Positions 47,955 through 58,745 are shown, counted from the stretch's first letter. The stretch: DNA of 64,000 nucleotides from Bacillota bacterium (GCA_049323895.1 JBMOKT010000012.1:24926-88925); one strand, 5' to 3'. Notes: generated by a model from the letters alone, not told the origin. Translations and numbers: made by a program.

Positions 47955-49118
47955 TTAATAATATTCATTTATATAATTATTACATTTAGGAAACAGCTTG
48001 TCTAATAACTCTATATCAGAGACCGTTCCAACTATTTTTCCCTGCCCCAACAATTCTCCTGCCGAGAGCCTCCCAAATACAAGCTGGGTTAATGCTCCAA
48101 TGTCCATGGAAATTATGGGTGGTTTGTTAACTGCAGCAATCTGCCCCTTTCCGTTTTTTACAGCTATATGAAAGGTCTGGTTGTTCCATGGTGCAATCTC
48201 ATCTTTTACACTCAGGCATGTCTCCCCTAATATGCTTGCCGGATAACAAACCTCAGTAAGCAGCTTTTCGACATTAATTATCCTTGCCATTAAAAAAGGA
48301 TATAGACTAATTCCTTCCTTTGCATCGTTTAAAAAGAAAAAGGCTGTATCGTCCAAGGGAGCATGCCATTCTAAATCTTTTACCTGAGACCTATGGTTGT
48401 ATATAAAATTAAATAACGACCTTTGGGCATCCCAGCCGGTATATGCCATTTCCCTGATCGTAAACTTATCATCTTTAAGATAATAGAGTATATACCCCCT
48501 GGGAAGTCCTGCTGCTTTTAGCAGATACCCAAAACCTTTCTCACCTTCGTGTTCCTCCATCATTAACTGCCACTTTCTATTGTCTCTAACAACATAACCA
48601 TGCTTTCCTTTAACAAAATCTTTATAGATAATATCCATTTCTTCTACTTTTTCTAAACCCTTTATCTGCTCAAAATCTCCGTAAGCAGAGGATATTGGTT
48701 TTAGATCATCCAATGGAATATTATACTTATAGTGATGATAACAAAATTGCCATTGGTAGGGATAATAGAAGCCGGCATTAAAGGGCATCAGCAAACTTAT
48801 ACTCTGCCCCCGGTTCTTCATTTCCTTAATTGAAGCTTCAAGCAGCCTACCAGCTGATTTTTCGTTGCGTGCATTTGGGAAAGTGGCCACCCCAACTACA
48901 TAAGAGGTTGGCAAAACCTGACCCCGGAGATAAATATCATAGGGAATCAATTGCAAACAGGACAACATCCTGTCTTCTTTAAATATTGCCAGGGTATTTT
49001 CCGAAGAATAGTATTCCTGAAAATACCAACTGTAAAAGGGCTCATGGCTTTCAAAACAATAAATCCAAAGCTTTTTAACTTCTTCAATATCCTTTTGGGT
49101 GAGTATCCTTATTTCCAT
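47955..49118 (-). CDS. Eis-like GNAT acetyltransferase
   Basis: GVAT.P.AR, LMPF..FY, MARIINV, SCP2-like C-terminus ending INEYY. Confidence 0.85.
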   Translation of the reverse strand: MEIRILTQKDIEEVKKLWIYCFESHEPFYSWYFQEYYSSENTLAIFKEDRMLSCLQLIPYDIYLRGQVLPTSYVVGVATFPNARNEKSAGRLLEASIKEMKNRGQSISLLMPFNAGFYYPYQWQFCYHHYKYNIPLDDLKPISSAYGDFEQIKGLEKVEEMDIIYKDFVKGKHGYVVRDNRKWQLMMEEHEGEKGFGYLLKAAGLPRGYILYYLKDDKFTIREMAYTGWDAQRSLFNFIYNHRSQVKDLEWHAPLDDTAFFFLNDAKEGISLYPFLMARIINVEKLLTEVCYPASILGETCLSVKDEIAPWNNQTFHIAVKNGKGQIAAVNKPPIISMDIGALTQLVFGRLSAGELLGQGKIVGTVSDIELLDKLFPKCNNYINEYY

Positions 49119-50025
49119 GCTGTACCTCACTTTTTAGCAGAGCTTGATATTTTGTGATAAGTTGGGTTGGATAGTAGGATAGTTTGGCCTGTCTTAAACC
49201 CTCAATTCCTAAATCTTCTTCCCGATTCACATATTTCATATGGGTCCAATGATTTGCTAAGTATTCTTGATTTATAGTCTGATAAAGTCCATTAATATTT
49301 TGGTTAGCTTTTTCCGCATGAATTATTACAGTATCATTATTTAGTGCTTCCCCAAAGGTGAATGCCTCTACATTTCCATCAATTAGAATTACCCCTCCTA
49401 TATAATTAAGAGTATTGAAGGCCTCAAAGGCGGCAATGATTGCATCCCTTTCACACAATAAACTGCTGTCATCCTCACATCCCTTCTCAATGCACCATTC
49501 CTCAAGGCGAATTTGACAAGGAATAATTAAATCTTTGGTAAGTGGCAGATACTGATATTGGGGATAGGACTTCCTGAAATTCTTAATATGATTCCTTTTT
49601 TTTGAGTATTTTCTTCCCTTTAATCCAACTAAGTCTTCTAATAAATATACATAATCAAATACATCCCGTTCCTCGATGAATTCAAACTGACAGGGACTAA
49701 GTTTTTCTAACACATCCTTAAACTCGGGCGAGATTCCCCGCATCATAAAGGGATATCCACTTTCTTCAAAATATCCTATCAATTTGTCTATAACTTTATT
49801 CAGCCCCGCTTCACTTGATCCATAGGGCGGAAGTACATAAACATCTCCCTTCATCTCCGGCTTTATACATAAGAAACTATCAAGTATAGCCCACTCTATT
49901 TTATAGCATTCTTTCCACATAAATAGATTGGTAAAGCTACTTTCCGACCCTTCATACCTTTTAGAGGTGAAATACTCATCAAATATTTTTTTATGTTCTA
50001 ATTTTACTGGCTGAAAATTAATCAT
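49084..50025 (-). CDS. DUF2156 family protein
   Basis: SFTNLFMW, DYVY..L..LKGRKYSKKRNH, HAEKA, NREEDLG..GLR.AKLSY.P. Confidence 0.88.
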   Translation of the reverse strand: MINFQPVKLEHKKIFDEYFTSKRYEGSESSFTNLFMWKECYKIEWAILDSFLCIKPEMKGDVYVLPPYGSSEAGLNKVIDKLIGYFEESGYPFMMRGISPEFKDVLEKLSPCQFEFIEERDVFDYVYLLEDLVGLKGRKYSKKRNHIKNFRKSYPQYQYLPLTKDLIIPCQIRLEEWCIEKGCEDDSSLLCERDAIIAAFEAFNTLNYIGGVILIDGNVEAFTFGEALNNDTVIIHAEKANQNINGLYQTINQEYLANHWTHMKYVNREEDLGIEGLRQAKLSYYPTQLITKYQALLKSEVQHGNKDTHPKGY

Positions 50026-50194
50026 GCTACTCTCCTATTTAGTATTAAATGTTATTATTATATACCATTTTTTATAATATCATAAAACTGAAAGAATTGA
50101 GAAAAGTTACTTATAAATATTATTTCCTTTATTCAAGAAATATTAATATTTTAATTATTTTTGGTATTAAACTAAAAAACCGGCTTAAGCCGGT

Positions 50195-50467
50195 TTAATG
50201 CTGGGGATGTACCTTCATATTCTCTTGGCAGGTTACTTGACATGCTAAACGGTAACCCATTTTTATATCATGTTCATCTAATAATTGTTTCTCACTCTCA
50301 GTAATAGGTTGTTGCTCATCCCCCAGTATCCTTACCTTGCAAGTTCCGCAAGTACCCTGTCCGTTACAGGTATGTTGAATATGCATTCCGTTATCTAAAG
50401 CCGCCTCAAGTACCGATTGGTTTTTTTGAACTTCCACACTTTCGCCGGGAATAAAACTGATTTTCAT
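50195..50467 (-). CDS. [2Fe-2S] ferredoxin-like protein
   Basis: CNGQGTCGTC...RLAC. Confidence 0.9.
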   Translation of the reverse strand: MKISFIPGESVEVQKNQSVLEAALDNGMHIQHTCNGQGTCGTCKVRILGDEQQPITESEKQLLDEHDIKMGYRLACQVTCQENMKVHPQH

Positions 50468-50647
50468 AGTAGATACCTCCGTCCAATTTTTTAGATGCTA
50501 TATACATATTTTCTTTAACCTGACAGGTTTTATTCATTTTTTTATTTTCAGTTTAAATAATACTAAAAAGGTGTATAACTTAATTGAAAATACATTAATC
50601 TGTTGGTATTTTCATATAATATACTATAACATTTTGGAGGTTTAGAG

Positions 50648-51133
50648 ATGAATACAGACAAAAACTTGAAAGAAGCGTTTGCAGGAGAATCCCAGGCAAA
50701 CCGCAAGTATTTAGCTTTTGCTAAAAAAGCTGAGGATGAAGGATATGCAAGTGCGGCAAAATTATTCAGAGCTGCTGCAGAGGCTGAAACAATCCATGCC
50801 CATAACCATTTAAAAGCTTTAGGTGCTGTAAAATCTACAGCAGAAAATCTGCAGGAAGGAATCAGCGGAGAAACTTTCGAGTTTGAAAACATGTACCCCC
50901 CCATGATTGAGGAAGCAAAAAAGGACGGTCGCAGCGATGCTCAGCGCAGTTTCTATTTTGCCAGCGAAGCGGAGAAAGTGCATGCTAAATTATATAAGGA
51001 AGCATTGGAAAGTTTGGCATCGAAAGAAGTGCGGGACTACTACCTCTGTCCTGTTTGCGGAAATATTGAGAAGGCTGTGCCCGAAAAATGCGTTATCTGC
51101 GGAGCTAAAGGAGAAGTGTTTATTAAGTATTAA
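50648..51133 (+). CDS. rbr: Rubrerythrin
   Basis: AFAGES.A, EAETIHA, EKVH, CPVCG...CVICG. Confidence 0.92.
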   Translation: MNTDKNLKEAFAGESQANRKYLAFAKKAEDEGYASAAKLFRAAAEAETIHAHNHLKALGAVKSTAENLQEGISGETFEFENMYPPMIEEAKKDGRSDAQRSFYFASEAEKVHAKLYKEALESLASKEVRDYYLCPVCGNIEKAVPEKCVICGAKGEVFIKY

Positions 51134-51248
51134 CAGTCAGATTCTATAGTGGCTACAGGAATACAGGGAATCCAAAAAAAGCCCCCAAACCAGAGTCGTA
51201 ATACGTCTTAGGTTTTGGGGTTTTATTTTTAAATTTTCCTTTAAATAA

Positions 51249-51665
51249 TCAGGAAGATACATTAATATCCGCACACCACTCTTCATCAGAAACTACTTTA
51301 AACCCTTTTTGTCTAAGAAGTGCAAAGGTAACTCCATTGTATCCGCAAGATGGACTGCGTGATTTAAGTATAATTAATGTTGGTTTAACCATCTCCGCTA
51401 TTTTTAGTGTTTCATAGGCACCTTTTAGGAAGCCCTCGGTAACTTCCTGTCCACCTTTATCATAAACCCTCTCCTGGTCCAATAATACATCTTCACCTGA
51501 GTTTATATCTACAGGCAGACGGGGAGTAGCAAATCCTCCTAATTGTTCAGGACAAAGGGGAATTGCCTTCTTTTCTTTAACTAACTCCATTAAAGTAATA
51601 TTTTTTTTATTACCACCATCATATCTGCAATTTAACCCAGCCAAGCATCCGCTGATTATATACAA
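51249..51665 (-). CDS. DUF523 (2-thiouracil desulfurase-like) protein
   Basis: SGCLAG..CRYDG, CPEQLGG..PR, KSRSPSCG. Confidence 0.85.
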   Translation of the reverse strand: MYIISGCLAGLNCRYDGGNKKNITLMELVKEKKAIPLCPEQLGGFATPRLPVDINSGEDVLLDQERVYDKGGQEVTEGFLKGAYETLKIAEMVKPTLIILKSRSPSCGYNGVTFALLRQKGFKVVSDEEWCADINVSS

Positions 51666-52556
51666 TTAACTATCCCTCCTTACAAAAATCCTAATTTTCT
51701 TAGGAACGCAGGTAATGTCCAAGGGAAAATCAGGACCTTTTTCTCCATCTAAATCTGTTATTAATTTTGTACTACAAGCTATCTTCAACTCTTTTTCCTG
51801 AAGGTAATCTATGTAAGGACTGGATAGATGCTCGCCTTTTACTACCTTTATGAAAAGGGTTACTAATTCAGGCAAAGGACAGGGCTTAAAGAGCAGTACC
51901 TCCAAAAGTCCATCCTGCATATTTGCTTTAGGGGCTACCCTAGGGAATCCACCCGCTGACTTTCCATTCATTATTAAGAAGAAATAAACTTGCCCCTGAT
52001 ATGAGAAATTTTTGCTTTTTACATTTATATTTAAAGGGTGGAAATGGGGCAGCTGTTCTATCCCTTTTAGATAGTACGCCAACTTACCCAAGCTATTTTT
52101 TAAATTTATGTCGGTTTTCTGGGAGACATCGGTTAATAGCCCTGCACTGGCAATATTGAGAAAAAACTGGTCATTTACTTTCCCTAAATCAAAATAATTC
52201 GAATGGCCCTCTAAAATTATATCACACGCTTCTTTTATGCTTCTCGGAATACTTAAATAATTAGCTAAGTCATTAGCTGTTCCAGAAGGAATTATTCCCA
52301 GTGGGACATCCAAACCCTTTTGAAGCAAACCATTAACAACCTGATTAATCGTCCCGTCTCCTCCTGCGGCAATCACCATCGTATATTCATCAAAATTTGC
52401 CTGGGAGGCTGCGGAATATGCATCAAAACTATTAGTTGTTCTATAGGGAACAATCTGCAGGTTTTTTTCCTGAAATCTTTGCACAATATAATCCAGGTTA
52501 TTTTTAAAATTTGCAAAACCAGAAACAGGATTATAAATAAACTTAACTTTTTCCAT
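51666..52556 (-). CDS. YegS/BmrU family lipid (diacylglycerol) kinase
   Basis: NPVSG, GGDGT, PSGTAND, DGE; ATG 52556 after GGAAGG. Confidence 0.9.
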   Translation of the reverse strand: MEKVKFIYNPVSGFANFKNNLDYIVQRFQEKNLQIVPYRTTNSFDAYSAASQANFDEYTMVIAAGGDGTINQVVNGLLQKGLDVPLGIIPSGTANDLANYLSIPRSIKEACDIILEGHSNYFDLGKVNDQFFLNIASAGLLTDVSQKTDINLKNSLGKLAYYLKGIEQLPHFHPLNINVKSKNFSYQGQVYFFLIMNGKSAGGFPRVAPKANMQDGLLEVLLFKPCPLPELVTLFIKVVKGEHLSSPYIDYLQEKELKIACSTKLITDLDGEKGPDFPLDITCVPKKIRIFVRRDS

Positions 52557-52674
52557 TATAGTTCCTTCCAAATCCCTAATAATCTTGTTAATTAAAAATA
52601 TACCATAAATTGGACAAACCAGCAAAAGAAACCAGCATTGCTGGTTTCTTAAAATAGGCTTTATTATGTTGTTA

Positions 52675-53106
52675 TTACATTAACGGGCGGCTGGGTTGGG
52701 AAATCTCACTTAAGGCCTGACCTGCTTCATCAACAAAAATATTATTAGTTGCAAGGTCTCCGATAGAAACAATGCCTGTCAACCTATTATTCTCTACTAC
52801 AGGAAGCCTTCTTATTTGGTGTTGTGACATGATTTTAGCAGCTTCTTCTGCTTCCATGTCTGGGCTGCCAAGGGTAAGACCGGTGGACATTACATTATTA
52901 ACATCTATTTCCTTAGGGTCTTTACCCTCTGCAACAATACGGATAACAATATCCCTGTCGGTTAATATCCCTTTTACCTGTTGATTATTGTCACAAACAG
53001 GTATGCAGCCAACATTTCTTTGCTGCATTATCTTAGCAGCTTCAATAATAGAGTCTTGAGGGGATACTGCAGATACATCCTTGGTCATGATATTTCTTAA
53101 CTTCAT
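52675..53106 (-). CDS. CBS-pair protein (YhcV/YlbB-like)
   Basis: GILTDRDI, IRRLPVV, GIVSIGDLA. Confidence 0.88.
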   Translation of the reverse strand: MKLRNIMTKDVSAVSPQDSIIEAAKIMQQRNVGCIPVCDNNQQVKGILTDRDIVIRIVAEGKDPKEIDVNNVMSTGLTLGSPDMEAEEAAKIMSQHQIRRLPVVENNRLTGIVSIGDLATNNIFVDEAGQALSEISQPSRPLM

Positions 53107-53142
53107 AAGGTTACACCATCCTTTTAATATTTTTATATTATT

Positions 53143-53364
53143 TTAAAATTCCGGCAGTCTATCCAGATTATTTTCCGCAGTACCATCAGGATAGGTTCGC
53201 AAATACTGCCTGCCGTTTCGGTCTACAACCTGGACACCCTTAAGGTTGCCGGTTTCAACCTGCATTATAGCTTGTTCCAAACGATAGACCTGCCCACCAT
53301 CGGTTTTAACAGAGACTATGTTTCCATCGGGATCTTTATTAACCGCTATAACTTTTTCAGGCAT
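53143..53364 (-). CDS. DUF3892-like small protein
   Basis: YLRT.PDG...NNLD.LPEF C-terminus. Confidence 0.75.
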   Translation of the reverse strand: MPEKVIAVNKDPDGNIVSVKTDGGQVYRLEQAIMQVETGNLKGVQVVDRNGRQYLRTYPDGTAENNLDRLPEF

Positions 53365-53473
53365 TGTATTCCTCCTTTTAGAGCCTTATTCTAGATTAGT
53401 TTCCCTTTATTTTTCAGTCATTATTCCTGACAAATTTAGAAAAAATATAAATAAGAAATGCCAAGGGCATTTT

Positions 53474-53557
53474 AAGTGGCTAGTGGCTAGTAAAAAACGA
53501 TATAGTCTTTGGTGGTTTGGGATGGTCAATGGTCAATGGCTGATAGCTGATGGTTAA
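53474..53557. repeat. Heptamer tandem repeats (TAGTGGC; GATGGTC/AATGGTC/AATGGCT/GATAGCT/GATGGTT)
   Basis: Direct 7-nt periodicity in intergenic DNA. Confidence 0.65.
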
Positions 53558-53642
53558 TTAAAGTTGCAAGTAAAGGGTGAAAAGGTGGTGAGTAGAAGGA
53601 CTTGCGTAGTTTGAGTTATTATATTTAAAAAGGAGGCTTATT

Positions 53643-53888
53643 ATGAAAAAAAATGTTGGGGATTTAGATGCAATGCTGCGTATTTGGGGTGGTTTATTTC
53701 TATTAGCAAGTGGGATTAATAGAGACTCCGAGATGATGATGGCATTAGGTGCAGGTAAAGTTGCGGAAGGAATCACTAGATTTTGCCCTATGCTATATTA
53801 TTTAGGGCTTTCTACGAGAGAAGAAAATTCACCAACAGTAAGGGAAGAAAGAAGAAGTGCAACTCCACAGGTACAGGTAGAACAATAA
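53643..53888 (+). CDS. DUF2892/YgaP-like membrane protein
   Basis: KNVG.LD..LR...G, GITRFCP.L...G.ST. Confidence 0.8.
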   Translation: MKKNVGDLDAMLRIWGGLFLLASGINRDSEMMMALGAGKVAEGITRFCPMLYYLGLSTREENSPTVREERRSATPQVQVEQ

Positions 53889-53908
53889 AACCGCCTAAGG
53901 GCGGTTTT
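53887..53908. terminator. Bidirectional terminator
   Basis: AAAACCGCC-taag-GGCGGTTTT between convergent genes. Confidence 0.75.
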
Positions 53909-55571
53909 ATTTACTATGATGAAAACAGCTTTGACCGATAAATTCCCTAAGAATAGAATTATATGGCACATCTTCACAACCTGCAGGCAGCACATAGCTT
54001 AAAAACCGCAGTAAGCGCTGGGCTTCCAGATATTCTTCATATTCAGGACCAATTGCATTGAGAAGGCTCTCCGCATAAGGTTTAAGTATTGCCAATTCGT
54101 AAATGAGGGCAGAATTGAACATAATATCTGCTTCTTCCTGGAAGGGAAAAATATTTTTATCCTCTCCTCTGCGGACTGAAGGCCAAAAACGGATCGTTTT
54201 TATTGCATCGGTTCCTCGAAATTGGTTATCTCGTACCATTCGTCTAATCTTTCTAGCATCGGTAGTAGGTATCCTATTATGATTATCGATATTCAATTGA
54301 GTTAAAGCGGAGACATAAATCTTGTATTTATGATCCTTAGGAATTGAAAAAGTCAGTTTTTCATTTAAACCATGAATACCCTCAATAATAACTGGTTGAT
54401 CTTGGCGAATTTTTAATTTGTTACCGATATATTCTTTAACTCCTTTTCTAAAGTTATAGGAGGGTATTTCTACTTCCTGTCCCTGAATTAATTTTGTTAA
54501 GTGATCATTAAACAATTCTAAATCTATAGCCTCTAAAGCTTCAAAATCATACTCACCATTTTCATCCTTTGGAGTCCTGTCCCTATCTACAAAATAATCA
54601 TCAACAGAAATAGATACGGGCTTTAAGCCATGAACCATAAGCTGAATCATCAGCCTTTGTGCAAAGGTAGTTTTTCCGGAGGAAGAAGGTCCTGCAATCA
54701 GGATAACATTTCCCCTGTCTTTGTGATTATATATTTCATCGGCGATATTGGCAATTTTCTTTTCATGCAGAGCCTCTGCCACTCTTATTAAGGTTGGCAG
54801 CTTGCCATCCACCACAGAATCATTCAAGGCAGCAATTGTATCTACCTCCATTATTTCGCCCCAACGTTCTGTCTCATAAAAAATACTTGCTAACTTTGGT
54901 TGTGGTACAAAGGTGGGAATTTTCGCAGGCTCATGGGCAAGGGGGTATTGAATTATCACTCCTGGCAAATGAAACTGTAATGCAAAATATTTCAAGTACC
55001 CCGTACTTGGTACTAAATAGCCATAAAAAAAGTCATATAACCAGCCGCATTTGTATATATTACCTCTTGGCTTTGATAAGTATTTTAAAATCCTAACCTT
55101 ATCCAATTGTTTATCTTTATTAAAAATATCGATAGCTTCTTTTTTAGAAACTTTCCTCTTTTCAAAGGGTTCATCATTATTTATTATCTGCTGCATTCTG
55201 TTTTCGATTTTTTTAATAGTTTCTAGGGTTAACTTTTCATCCTTTATCTCACAATACAAACCATTTGCCAAAGAGTGTTCAATAGTAACATCTGTACACC
55301 CTTCGATTATTTCCCGAGCAGCCCTTATAAATACAAAAGACAGGCTTCGAACATAAATCCTTATTCCTATTTCGGTAGTAATATCAAAAAATTTAATAGA
55401 AGCAGGTTCGTTAATCTGGTAGGTAAGTTCTTTTAATTCATTATTAACTTGAGCCGCTACAATAATTGGGTCACCCTTTTTATCAAACATGTTAACTACT
55501 TCTTCAAGGCTAATTCCCTGTTCAACTTCTATTTTCTTTCCATTTTCCAGTATTAAAGGTATTTTTGTCAT
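53907..55571 (-). CDS. Nucleoside (uridine) kinase with ThrRS-like N-terminal domains
   Basis: AGPSSSGKTT P-loop, DDYF, IEGIHGLN, RRMVRD; ATG 55571 after GAGGAGG. Confidence 0.88.
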   Translation of the reverse strand: MTKIPLILENGKKIEVEQGISLEEVVNMFDKKGDPIIVAAQVNNELKELTYQINEPASIKFFDITTEIGIRIYVRSLSFVFIRAAREIIEGCTDVTIEHSLANGLYCEIKDEKLTLETIKKIENRMQQIINNDEPFEKRKVSKKEAIDIFNKDKQLDKVRILKYLSKPRGNIYKCGWLYDFFYGYLVPSTGYLKYFALQFHLPGVIIQYPLAHEPAKIPTFVPQPKLASIFYETERWGEIMEVDTIAALNDSVVDGKLPTLIRVAEALHEKKIANIADEIYNHKDRGNVILIAGPSSSGKTTFAQRLMIQLMVHGLKPVSISVDDYFVDRDRTPKDENGEYDFEALEAIDLELFNDHLTKLIQGQEVEIPSYNFRKGVKEYIGNKLKIRQDQPVIIEGIHGLNEKLTFSIPKDHKYKIYVSALTQLNIDNHNRIPTTDARKIRRMVRDNQFRGTDAIKTIRFWPSVRRGEDKNIFPFQEEADIMFNSALIYELAILKPYAESLLNAIGPEYEEYLEAQRLLRFLSYVLPAGCEDVPYNSILREFIGQSCFHHSK

Positions 55572-55623
55572 GTCATTCCTCCTCTCTTGATTATATACCC
55601 AAATAAAGATAATTAAAAAACTA

Positions 55624-55662
55624 AAAGTTATGCTTATTACCTTGTAAAAAGCTTTACTTTCT
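55624..55662. repeat. 38/39-bp intergenic element, copy 2
   Basis: 35 of 38 positions identical, plus one gap, to 30598-30635. Confidence 0.75.
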
Positions 55663-55736
55663 AAAATAAGTATTAAAAATAACACCTGTGATGGGTGTTA
55701 TTTTTGCTTATACAGTTAGATTTGATAACTATTACA

Positions 55737-56411
55737 TTAATTATTGAACGTCTTTACCTTATATTCCTCAAGTTCCGCGACTATATGGTAATCCTGTGCA
55801 ACAAATTCCTGTTTAATAAGCCCCAGTCCTGGCTTATAGTAAATAAAACTTTTGGAATTATACTCTTCTGCTTCCACGGAAATCTTTATGCAATCCTTAA
55901 ATTGACCTGCAGGTGTATCAACTGTTGTATCCACACTTTCAATAATATACTTCTTGTCACCTGATTCCCAGGAGTTGCCAACTTTGATAGGTTCCTGCAA
56001 TATTACCTCAGCCATTTCGTTTTCCCTGTCAAGAATGTTTTCCTCTTCATAGAACTCCTCTTGACTATAAACCACTACCAGTTTATCTCCCTGGAACTCA
56101 TAAATAATTCCCATCACAGTACCACCGGTAGCATTCTGTATCTGTATGCGCTCACCTTCCCGGAAAAGGACTTTTTGCTCAAAAGATGCATATTCATTTC
56201 CGGTCCCGGCAAATTTCCAGTAATCGCCTTGATTCAAGGGATAAACATCCTTAACAGTCAGTTCTTTTTTTGCATGCTCTTCCTTAGGCTGCTCATTTGG
56301 TTTAGGTTCTTCTTTCGGTATATTACTATCACCTTTAGAGCATCCCGCTCCAATAATCAAAATAACAACAATAAAAACAATAATGAAAAGCTTCTTTTTG
56401 TTATTGCCCAT
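55737..56411 (-). CDS. Hypothetical lipoprotein
   Basis: Lipobox GAGC; G.GNEYA, PIKVGNSW, TPAG.F, Y..GLGLIK. Confidence 0.75.
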   Translation of the reverse strand: MGNNKKKLFIIVFIVVILIIGAGCSKGDSNIPKEEPKPNEQPKEEHAKKELTVKDVYPLNQGDYWKFAGTGNEYASFEQKVLFREGERIQIQNATGGTVMGIIYEFQGDKLVVVYSQEEFYEEENILDRENEMAEVILQEPIKVGNSWESGDKKYIIESVDTTVDTPAGQFKDCIKISVEAEEYNSKSFIYYKPGLGLIKQEFVAQDYHIVAELEEYKVKTFNN

Positions 56412-56531
56412 AGTTATCCTCCTTTATATTTACCTAGGGCTTTTACAGCAACTATATCTAGTATTATAATAAAACTCTTCAATTATTTCGCTTCAATAAA
56501 AAAAAATCCTGCCCTAAGGCAGGAATTAAAG

Positions 56532-57260
56532 CTAACCTTTTTTCATCCAGAATTTATTGACATCCCGGATTAAGTTTTCGATATGCTCCAGCATTGCACT
56601 TTCGGCACCAGCAGAATCCCTATTGATTATAGCTTCCATGATTTTAACATGGTCCACAGCAATAGAACTGTTTACCTGTTTACGAATATATTCCAGGGCA
56701 GGAATTAACTGTGCATCCTGTCTAATCATATGAAGCATGGTTTCCAATACCCTGTTGCCGGCGGCTTTGGCTATTAGTTCATGAAAGAGGACATCATGAT
56801 GGCTGGTACTTTGTGTGTTATTCAACAATTTCTGCTGCGTTATCATCTCGACCATTTGGCTTTCGATATCTGGTGTCAAGTTCTCCGCAGCCAGCCGTGC
56901 AATCTCCCTTTCAATAGCCCTTCTGGCAATAAGCACATCTATTAATTCCTTTTCACTTTTTCCATCAAGTATCTTAAAAAACTCTTCTCCATATTCCATA
57001 CGGTCGTGGCGCAATTGCATTTCCTTTAGTTGTTTAATTCCCAGTTCCGTCAGGACCCGTCCTTTATAGCCGTCCCGAATGGTTAAACCTTCCTTATCTA
57101 ATTCTATAAGAAGGCGCCCTGCAGTTGCTTCACTAATAGTTATTCCCAGTTCAGCTAATTGGTTTCTTACAAAATTTGCACCAACAGGCATTTCACTAGT
57201 TTGAATTATTTCCAACACATGGAATATTTTTCTTTCTCGTCGAGTTAGCAAGTAACCCAC
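56532..57260 (-). CDS. Transcriptional regulator: winged HTH + FCD domain
   Basis: SEATAGRLL..LD..G.T...G..GR.LT..G; ARRAIE, FHELIA, H..I..AI. Confidence 0.85.
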   Translation of the reverse strand: MGYLLTRRERKIFHVLEIIQTSEMPVGANFVRNQLAELGITISEATAGRLLIELDKEGLTIRDGYKGRVLTELGIKQLKEMQLRHDRMEYGEEFFKILDGKSEKELIDVLIARRAIEREIARLAAENLTPDIESQMVEMITQQKLLNNTQSTSHHDVLFHELIAKAAGNRVLETMLHMIRQDAQLIPALEYIRKQVNSSIAVDHVKIMEAIINRDSAGAESAMLEHIENLIRDVNKFWMKKG

Positions 57261-57290
57261 ACCTTTAACTTAATGTTATACTATTTCTAA

Positions 57291-58682
57291 TTATATTAAA
57301 AAGATTGCAACAATGGTAGTAACCAGGAATCCAATTACAACAGGTATAAAGTTTCTACGGGCTAATTCCATAGGCTCTACACCACAGATAGCAGCTACAG
57401 GAATCAGACCCCATGGAATAATAGTTCCTCCTCCAACCCATACGGAGCTGATTTGACCTAAAGCAGCAATTACACCTACATTGCCATCAATAGCAGTACC
57501 AAAGGTTTGAGCTAAAGAACCTACAAGGGGAAGTCCAGAGAAACCAGACCCATCAAGTCCTGTGATAGCACCAATTATCAAAGTAATAAAGGCGACAGGA
57601 GCAGTGCTCAATGGAACATTTTGTGCCAAGAAGTTACCCAAGTCACTTAATAAGCCAGTAGCTTCAGGTCCAAGGATAGCTTTTGCTGTTCCTTCACTAC
57701 CCAAGAAGAAGAAGGCACCGATAACAATAACAGGAGCAAAGATTTTAATACCGAAAAGAAAACCATCTCTCACGTAGTCTGTTACCTTTTCCAAGGATTC
57801 TCCTTTAAACTCAGCCATTGCCAGGGCAGCAGTAAGAATAAGAGCAGTACCACCGATTAATGAAGTTGCGTCCCCACCTTTTAGATCAAAAATCAACATG
57901 GCTGCAACGTCGGCAACAAAAGCAATTGGAATAAGGAAGGCGAAAATATAAGAAACAGTGCTGTACTTGCGTTTTTCGTTCTTATTATCGAGGGTTGCTT
58001 CTTTTAATTCTTTATCATACTTGGCAGCATTTTGCTTTAAATCTTTGTGCAGCATATAGAACGCTACAGCAACGGTTACAACTGACATCACGATAAAGAG
58101 AGGAGCACCAGGGTAAGTTACCGCTGTGGCATCAGCTAAACCAGCTGCCTTAGATGTAATGCCGGGTGCCCCTTGAATAATCCAGTCACTGGATAAAGCA
58201 ACACCGTGACCAAACAGGTTCATAGCTACCGCTGCCCCTACTGCAGGCAGACCAGCGCGGATTGCAACGGGTAAAAGCAACGCACCTATTAAAGCTACTG
58301 CTGGAGAAGGCCATACAAACCAAGCAACAATCATCATGGCAAAACCCATTGAGAAGAAGGCAATATTTCTATTAACCATAATTTTAGCAGCAGGACGCAT
58401 AACTAAATAGTCCGTACCAGTGTCTGCCATCGCTTTACTCATTGCCACAACAAGGGAAATAACTACTATTAGTCCTAAAAACTCTCCGCCGGCAGCCATC
58501 AAAGCATTAAATACTACTTGAATAGCGCCAACTAGACTTCCTTTTGCAGCTAAACCAATAACAAAAAGTCCAATAATACAAGGCAAAACTGTGTCACGTC
58601 TAGCAGCCATAACGCCAATAACTAAAATTACAACTGCAAAGTAAATAAAATGAAGTGTCGTTAATGTTACTTGTCCCTCCAA
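57291..58682 (-). CDS. Multi-pass membrane transporter (ion transporter superfamily-like), substrate unknown
   Basis: About 12 TM segments; WPSPAVAL, GLDGSGFSGLP, WVGGGT. Confidence 0.75.
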   Translation of the reverse strand: MEGQVTLTTLHFIYFAVVILVIGVMAARRDTVLPCIIGLFVIGLAAKGSLVGAIQVVFNALMAAGGEFLGLIVVISLVVAMSKAMADTGTDYLVMRPAAKIMVNRNIAFFSMGFAMMIVAWFVWPSPAVALIGALLLPVAIRAGLPAVGAAVAMNLFGHGVALSSDWIIQGAPGITSKAAGLADATAVTYPGAPLFIVMSVVTVAVAFYMLHKDLKQNAAKYDKELKEATLDNKNEKRKYSTVSYIFAFLIPIAFVADVAAMLIFDLKGGDATSLIGGTALILTAALAMAEFKGESLEKVTDYVRDGFLFGIKIFAPVIVIGAFFFLGSEGTAKAILGPEATGLLSDLGNFLAQNVPLSTAPVAFITLIIGAITGLDGSGFSGLPLVGSLAQTFGTAIDGNVGVIAALGQISSVWVGGGTIIPWGLIPVAAICGVEPMELARRNFIPVVIGFLVTTIVAIFLI

Positions 58683-58727
58683 AATAAGCCCTCCCTATAA
58701 TTTAATGTTTGTTTAGGTGCACCACTC

Positions 58728-58745
58728 CCCCTCATTGATGAGGGG
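58728..58745. promoter_or_regulatory. Palindrome upstream of the transporter-FCD regulator operon (candidate operator)
   Basis: CCCCTCA-ttga-TGAGGGG about 45 bp upstream of the start. Confidence 0.4.

Noticed and set aside
53474-53557. CRISPR array
   Set aside because: The units are 7-nt degenerate tandem repeats without unique spacers, and there are no cas genes
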